Assembly (NCBI GenBank): GCA_947631865.1
Contig: CANRNF010000003.1
Coordinates: 16,595 to 80,594, forward strand
DNA length: 64,000 nt
Direction of reading: 5' to 3'
Source: an uncultured Oscillospiraceae bacterium
GTDB lineage: Bacteria > Bacillota > Clostridia > Oscillospirales > Oscillospiraceae
A model generated the notes under the pieces. The model was not told where the DNA came from, searched no databases, and saw only the letters and a list, made by a program, of their open reading frames with translations. The position numbers and the translations under genes were made by a program. Each line of letters starts with the position of its first letter. The stretch's first letter is position 1. This document shows positions 59,596 to 64,000 of the stretch, one piece after another.

Positions 59596-61530
59596 TCAGC
59601 GCTGGCCCAGGATCAGGGCGGACACCGGCGCCAGGGGAGCGGTGCCCGTCACGACTTGAGGCGAGCGCCAGAGGAAACTGGACGATCCGTCTGCGAGTAT
59701 ATCCCATTCTCCCGAGGGCAAAGGCAGCTCGACAGCGTCCTCCCGGACGCTATAGGCCAGCAGGAGACGCCGCCAGATGCTGCCCTCTCCGGTGTTGTCC
59801 AGCAGCACGGCTGCGCAGCACTCCACAGGCGCCGCGACCGAGAGGACGCGCGCAGCCGCCCGGGGCGTCTTGTCCTGGAGGCCGGGCAGCTGCATCCGCA
59901 GGGCGATGAGGCCCCGGTAGTAGTCCACCAGTTCCTGGTTCTCCCAGGCCCGGGACCAGTCCAGCCGGTTGAGGTCAGGCGGGGCATTATAGGAGTTTTT
60001 CAAACCCTGTTTCGTGCGGGCGAACTCCTCGCCGGCCAGGAAAAAGAGATGCCCTTGGCAAGTGAAGAGCATGGCCGCCGCCAGGCGGTTCTGGCGCAGT
60101 AATTCCGGCGGACAGGTCTGGGCGGCGGGGTCCTGACCGGCGGCCAGGACCAGCTTATCCCACAGCGTCCAGTCATCGTGGCAGGAGAGGTAGCAGACCG
60201 TCTGGGAGGGGGCCTTCACAGTGGCGCCCGGACAGCCGGACCAGCCCTTGATGCAGTTGGCCAGGCTCTCCAGATCCAGCCCGCCGCCGTTGGCGAATCC
60301 CTTGTCCTCCGGCTGTCCCAGGCCGCCCTTGACGGCATCCCGGATGTTGTCGCAAAAGGCGGCGACATGGGGGTCGAGCTGGGTCAGATCCCCCTTGTGG
60401 GCCAGCGCTGTTCCCGGCCGGGCCGCGGTGTCCCCGGCGGACCAGGGCTCGCCCAGCATCAGCTTTTCGCCGGGACCGAAGCGCCGGTCCAGCTCCCATC
60501 GGATGCGGTTCATCAGCGGCACGTCCAGCAGGCCCATCAGGTCGAAGCGGAAGCCGTCTATGTGGTATTCCTCCGCCCAGTAGAGGACGGAATCCAGGAT
60601 GTATTTGGCGCACATGCTCCGCTCGGAGGCAAGGTCGTTGCCGCAGCCGGAGCCGTTGGAGGGCGTGCCGTCCTCGTTCTGCCGGTAGTAATACCAGGGC
60701 ACGGTGCGCCACAGCCAGGAGTCCAGGCGGTAGGTGTGGTTGTACACCACATCCATGATGACCCGAAAGCCGCTTTTGTGCAGGGCCTGCACCGCCTGCT
60801 TCAGCTCCCGGATGCGGATCTCGCCCCGGGTGGGGTCGGTGGCGTAGGAGCCCTCCGGGACATTGTAGTTCACCGGGTCATAGCCCCAGTTATATTGGTC
60901 GGGGGCGCCGGCCTCATCCACGGAGCCGGAGTCGAACACGGGCATCAGCTGTACATGGGTCACGCCCAGCTGCCGCAGATAGGCAAGGCACGTGGGATGC
61001 TCCCCGTCGCCGTTGAGCGTGGTGTCCTCCAGACACAGAGCCAGATATTTGCCGCGATATTCTTCAGGCACCCCGGAGGCAGGGTCCCAGGAGAAGTCCT
61101 TCACGTGCAGCTCGTATATCGCCGTCTCCGGCGGGAGGGGAGGGGCCTTGTCCTCTTCCCAGCCATCCGGGTCGGTGCGTCGCATGTCCAGGACCATGCT
61201 CCGAGCGCCGTTGACGCCGCAGGCCCGGGCATAGGGGTCCGCGGTGGCGCGGGCCGTGCCGTCCACCGTGACCATGTAGTCGTAGTAAAGCCCGGCAAGG
61301 TTTTCTGCCGTGGCATAGCGCCACAGGCCCCTGTCCTCGCGTTGGAGGGGGACCTGCCGCAGGCAGGCGCTGTCCGCGCCGGTGGGATAGAGCCGAAGGG
61401 TCACATCCCGGGCCGTGGGAGCCCACAGGCGGAATTCCGTGCCCAGGGGCGAGCAGAAGCAGCCCAGGGGCGTGTCGCAGTGATATTTCTCCTGAAACTC
61501 GGGGGAGTCGAATAGCTGTTTTTCCGTCAT
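59596..61530 (-). CDS. pulA: Type I pullulanase (GH13)
   Basis: YNWGYDP signature, DVVYNH, GFRFDLM and HD regions; 644 aa. Confidence 0.85.
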   Translation of the reverse strand: MTEKQLFDSPEFQEKYHCDTPLGCFCSPLGTEFRLWAPTARDVTLRLYPTGADSACLRQVPLQREDRGLWRYATAENLAGLYYDYMVTVDGTARATADPYARACGVNGARSMVLDMRRTDPDGWEEDKAPPLPPETAIYELHVKDFSWDPASGVPEEYRGKYLALCLEDTTLNGDGEHPTCLAYLRQLGVTHVQLMPVFDSGSVDEAGAPDQYNWGYDPVNYNVPEGSYATDPTRGEIRIRELKQAVQALHKSGFRVIMDVVYNHTYRLDSWLWRTVPWYYYRQNEDGTPSNGSGCGNDLASERSMCAKYILDSVLYWAEEYHIDGFRFDLMGLLDVPLMNRIRWELDRRFGPGEKLMLGEPWSAGDTAARPGTALAHKGDLTQLDPHVAAFCDNIRDAVKGGLGQPEDKGFANGGGLDLESLANCIKGWSGCPGATVKAPSQTVCYLSCHDDWTLWDKLVLAAGQDPAAQTCPPELLRQNRLAAAMLFTCQGHLFFLAGEEFARTKQGLKNSYNAPPDLNRLDWSRAWENQELVDYYRGLIALRMQLPGLQDKTPRAAARVLSVAAPVECCAAVLLDNTGEGSIWRRLLLAYSVREDAVELPLPSGEWDILADGSSSFLWRSPQVVTGTAPLAPVSALILGQR

Positions 61531-61545
61531 AATCGTTTTGATACC

Positions 61546-63144
61546 TCACGCGCAGCCCAGCACCACGCTGGTCTGTCCGTCCAGGGTGAGGGCAGTGCCG
61601 TCCAGGGAGGCGCCGCCCATGCCGATGGCGGCGTTGATGCCGGTGATCTCCAGGCCCGTGATGTCTGCCAGCTCCAGGGTGACGGCGTCGGGGGCAGTGT
61701 TATGAAGCACCATCACGATGGTATCCTCCCAGCTCGCCATGAAACCGCCCACGCTGGTGCCCTCCAGGGCCAGGGCTGTATAGGTCCCCCGGGCGATGGC
61801 GGGGTCGGCCTTGCGGATCATGATGAGCTTTTTGTAATAGGAATAGAGGCTGTCCTCATCCGCCATCTGCTCCACGGCGGTGGCGGAGACCCGCTCGTGG
61901 TCATAGCTCGCGCCCTCCGGGTCGGTCACCGTGTCCCCGTCGCCCCACTCCATTTTGAGCCGGCGGTTGGCGTCGGTGGTGGCCCCGCCCCGGGAGCCCT
62001 TCATGCCCAGCTCCTCGCCGTAGTAGATGAAGGGGGAGCCGGAGGAGAGAAGATACAGGTTCGCGGCCATCTTCATATACCCGCTGGGGGTCAGATAGCC
62101 CGCCGCCCGGTCTGTGTCGTGGTTGGCGATGAAGGGGACGATCATGGCATCCTCGTTCAGGCTGTGTATCCGGTCCAGATAGGTCTGCACATAGGCGGTG
62201 TACTTGTTCACGCTGCCGCCCTTGGCTACCTGGGCGATGGAGCCGTTGGCCTGGGAGGTAGTGAAGTCGAAGCAGTTGAGGGCGGGGACGTACTCGTCCG
62301 TGACGGTGTCGGAGTCCCAGACCTCCGCCACGGCGTACACCTCCGGGTCGATGGCCCGCAGCTGGTCCATATACCACACCCAGAACTCGGCGCTGCGCTC
62401 ATTATCCCCAAAATAGATGTACTTGGCCGCGTCGAAGCGGAAGCCGTCCACGCCCAGGTCCATGTAGTATTTGGCCACGTCCAGCACCGCCTGGCGCACA
62501 GCCTCGTTATCGTAGTTCAGTTCCGGCATAGCGGGGGAGAAGTTGCTCTCGTAATAGATATCCGTGCCGTCCAGCTTCGTGAAGGTCATGCCCGCAGGCA
62601 CAGGCTCTCCCTCGGTGTAATAGGAGTAGAAATCATAATAGGGATCCTCCGTGGCGCCGCTGCGGTGAGCGTCGGCAAACGCCTGGAACCAGGGGTTGCC
62701 CGTGCCGGTGTGGTTCAGGACCAGGTCCAGTATCACCTTCACGCCCCGCTCATGGCACAGGGCTGTCAGCTCCCGCAGGTCCTCCTCCGTGCCGAAGGCG
62801 GGATCGATGGCGTAGTAGTCGTCCACGTCGTATTTATGGTAGCTGGCGGAGGTGAAGATGGGGGACAGCCACAGGCCTTCCACCCCCAGGCTGAGACCAG
62901 AGGCGGGGTCGCCGTCATTTAAGTAATCCATCCTGTTGATGATGCCCCGCAGGTCGCCGACGCCGTCCCCGTTGGAGTCGGAGAAGGAGCCTACGAATAT
63001 CTCGTAGAAGACCCGGTAGTTGTCATCCGGGTCGGGCGCCGGCAGGAGGGTTGGGTCATCGACGACCGCCTCGCCGGCCGCCAGGGCCGCTGTGCCCGGA
63101 AGCAGCAGGCACAGGGCCAGAAGAAGGGAAAATATACGTTTCAT
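61546..63144 (-). CDS. Secreted GH13 alpha-amylase family enzyme
   Basis: Signal peptide, then GH13 regions DLVLNHTG, GVDGFRFDAAKY, EVWD and FIANHD. Confidence 0.85.
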   Translation of the reverse strand: MKRIFSLLLALCLLLPGTAALAAGEAVVDDPTLLPAPDPDDNYRVFYEIFVGSFSDSNGDGVGDLRGIINRMDYLNDGDPASGLSLGVEGLWLSPIFTSASYHKYDVDDYYAIDPAFGTEEDLRELTALCHERGVKVILDLVLNHTGTGNPWFQAFADAHRSGATEDPYYDFYSYYTEGEPVPAGMTFTKLDGTDIYYESNFSPAMPELNYDNEAVRQAVLDVAKYYMDLGVDGFRFDAAKYIYFGDNERSAEFWVWYMDQLRAIDPEVYAVAEVWDSDTVTDEYVPALNCFDFTTSQANGSIAQVAKGGSVNKYTAYVQTYLDRIHSLNEDAMIVPFIANHDTDRAAGYLTPSGYMKMAANLYLLSSGSPFIYYGEELGMKGSRGGATTDANRRLKMEWGDGDTVTDPEGASYDHERVSATAVEQMADEDSLYSYYKKLIMIRKADPAIARGTYTALALEGTSVGGFMASWEDTIVMVLHNTAPDAVTLELADITGLEITGINAAIGMGGASLDGTALTLDGQTSVVLGCA

Positions 63145-63286
63145 GAGGTGTTCCTCCGTTCATATCAACGTATCTCCTATGCTACCGAAAAACGACAAAA
63201 AGTCAATAGGAAATCGGATAGATATTGTATGCTTTGCTTGTATATCACAGCAAATTATGATATGTTTAAGAGGAGGTGAGGAGAGG

Positions 63287-63778
63287 ATGAACGGCCAGAT
63301 CACAGAGCTGTACAGCGACGCCGATATGGCGGGGATGGCGGGACGCATCAAACGCTGCAAGGTCTTTTGCTGGGCCCTGGCGTTGGCGGCGCTGGCGGCC
63401 TGCATCACCATGATCGCTCTGACGAACACCGCCAACGCCCCGCGCATGGAAGGGGCAACCGTCGCGGTGAGCACCCTGGCGGGCTGGGTCGTGTTATACG
63501 TGTTTCTGTTCATGCAGACCCCGGCCAGGCGGGAGCTTGCCCACGCCCGGATGCTCCATCAGGAGGAGCGGGAGCGGGTGGAGGGCGCCGTGGCCGTGAA
63601 GGAGGAGCGGTTCACCATCCGCAAGAGCGTGGCGGTCCGGCGGGTGGAGGTGACCGTCGGAGACGAGACCCAGCGGCTGCTGGTTTGTGACAGCCGGGCT
63701 GGGGCTCTCGCGGCGGCGAACGCGACGGTCCTGTATGCGTGCCACGGCTATGTGGCCGCCTATGAGGTGACGGCATGA
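63287..63778 (+). CDS. Hypothetical membrane protein (2 TM)
   Basis: ATG 63287 follows AGGAGGTGAGGAGAGG. It has two hydrophobic segments. The track ORF start 63020 is rejected. Confidence 0.5.
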   Translation: MNGQITELYSDADMAGMAGRIKRCKVFCWALALAALAACITMIALTNTANAPRMEGATVAVSTLAGWVVLYVFLFMQTPARRELAHARMLHQEERERVEGAVAVKEERFTIRKSVAVRRVEVTVGDETQRLLVCDSRAGALAAANATVLYACHGYVAAYEVTA

Positions 63779-64000
63779 GAGCGTTAAAAAACATTTTGTC
63801 CCAGCTGCACACCTTCGTGCTGTGGCTGCTGGCCTCGGCCATCTTCTGGGGCTGGATATTCACCTTCGTCACCGACACCTCTGTGGAGAAGAAGATCACG
63901 GTCTACTGCGAGGTGCCTCAGATGGAGGACCGGCTCCTGGCGGCGGCCCTGGAGGAGGATATGCCGGAGGGCCTTTCCATGATCAAGGTCCACCCCTTCA
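63775..64000 (+). CDS. Hypothetical membrane protein, N-terminal fragment (3' end outside window)
   Basis: ATG 63775 overlaps the previous stop (ATGA). The frame is open to the window end and has one TM (FVLWLLASAIFWGWIFTFV). Confidence 0.4.
   Translation, partial: MRALKNILSQLHTFVLWLLASAIFWGWIFTFVTDTSVEKKITVYCEVPQMEDRLLAAALEEDMPEGLSMIKVHPF

Noticed and set aside
57840-62922. 689-, 445- and 406-aa plus-strand ORFs opposite the debranching enzyme, pullulanase and amylase genes
   Set aside because: The minus-strand products carry the GH13 and GDE signature regions. The plus-strand translations are low-complexity.

Overview
High-GC (about 60%) chromosomal segment that looks like Firmicutes/Clostridia; the taxon is inferred from gene content only. 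The flanks are ordinary. On the left are an AEC permease fragment, rsmA, GTP-PEPCK, a DUF4160/DUF2442 pair and tRNA-Leu(CAG). On the right are an all-in-one amino-acid ABC importer, a LysR regulator, a membrane protein, a large Fe-S flavoprotein, hypA-hypB, and a glycogen/starch operon (HAD, debranching enzyme, pullulanase, GH13 amylase). The centre (about 4.5-47.3 kb) is an accessory locus, almost entirely on the plus strand, that I cannot assign to any described system. It encodes 24 small precursor genes with double-glycine (GG) leaders: 23 intact and 1 frameshifted, plus 2 leader remnants. Twenty-one carry a short conserved leader of the form M-N-D-x-E-N-K-K-x-x-E-E-L-A-D-E-A-L-D-x-V-A-G-G, and three carry a Nif11-like leader. 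Nineteen of the cores are 45-65 aa mini-proteins with 4-6 Cys arranged as paired CxxC knuckles, resembling zinc ribbons. No recognisable RiPP maturase is present in the window. The precursors sit in four arrays interleaved with a secreted C39-like peptidase, a sortase-anchored beta-helix surface protein and two secreted Sel1-repeat proteins, one a ~1770-aa lipoprotein. The locus also encodes a LytTR response regulator with an AgrC-like kinase, an ECF-like sigma factor and a STAS/RsbW/PP2C partner-switching module with unusual transporter and kinase fusions. It further contains a GH3 amido-synthetase-like gene and an NHLM-type export trio (short HlyD-like protein, C39-ABC PCAT, second ABC). Two ~80%-identical M13 metallopeptidase lipoprotein genes bracket a 23-kb core as 2.3-kb direct repeats. 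Two sets of conserved non-coding elements organise the locus. Four LytTR-type direct-repeat boxes have identical geometry. Five copies of a bipartite promoter-like element sit in front of each peptide array and of idi. All family assignments come from motif recognition by eye; no database search was run.
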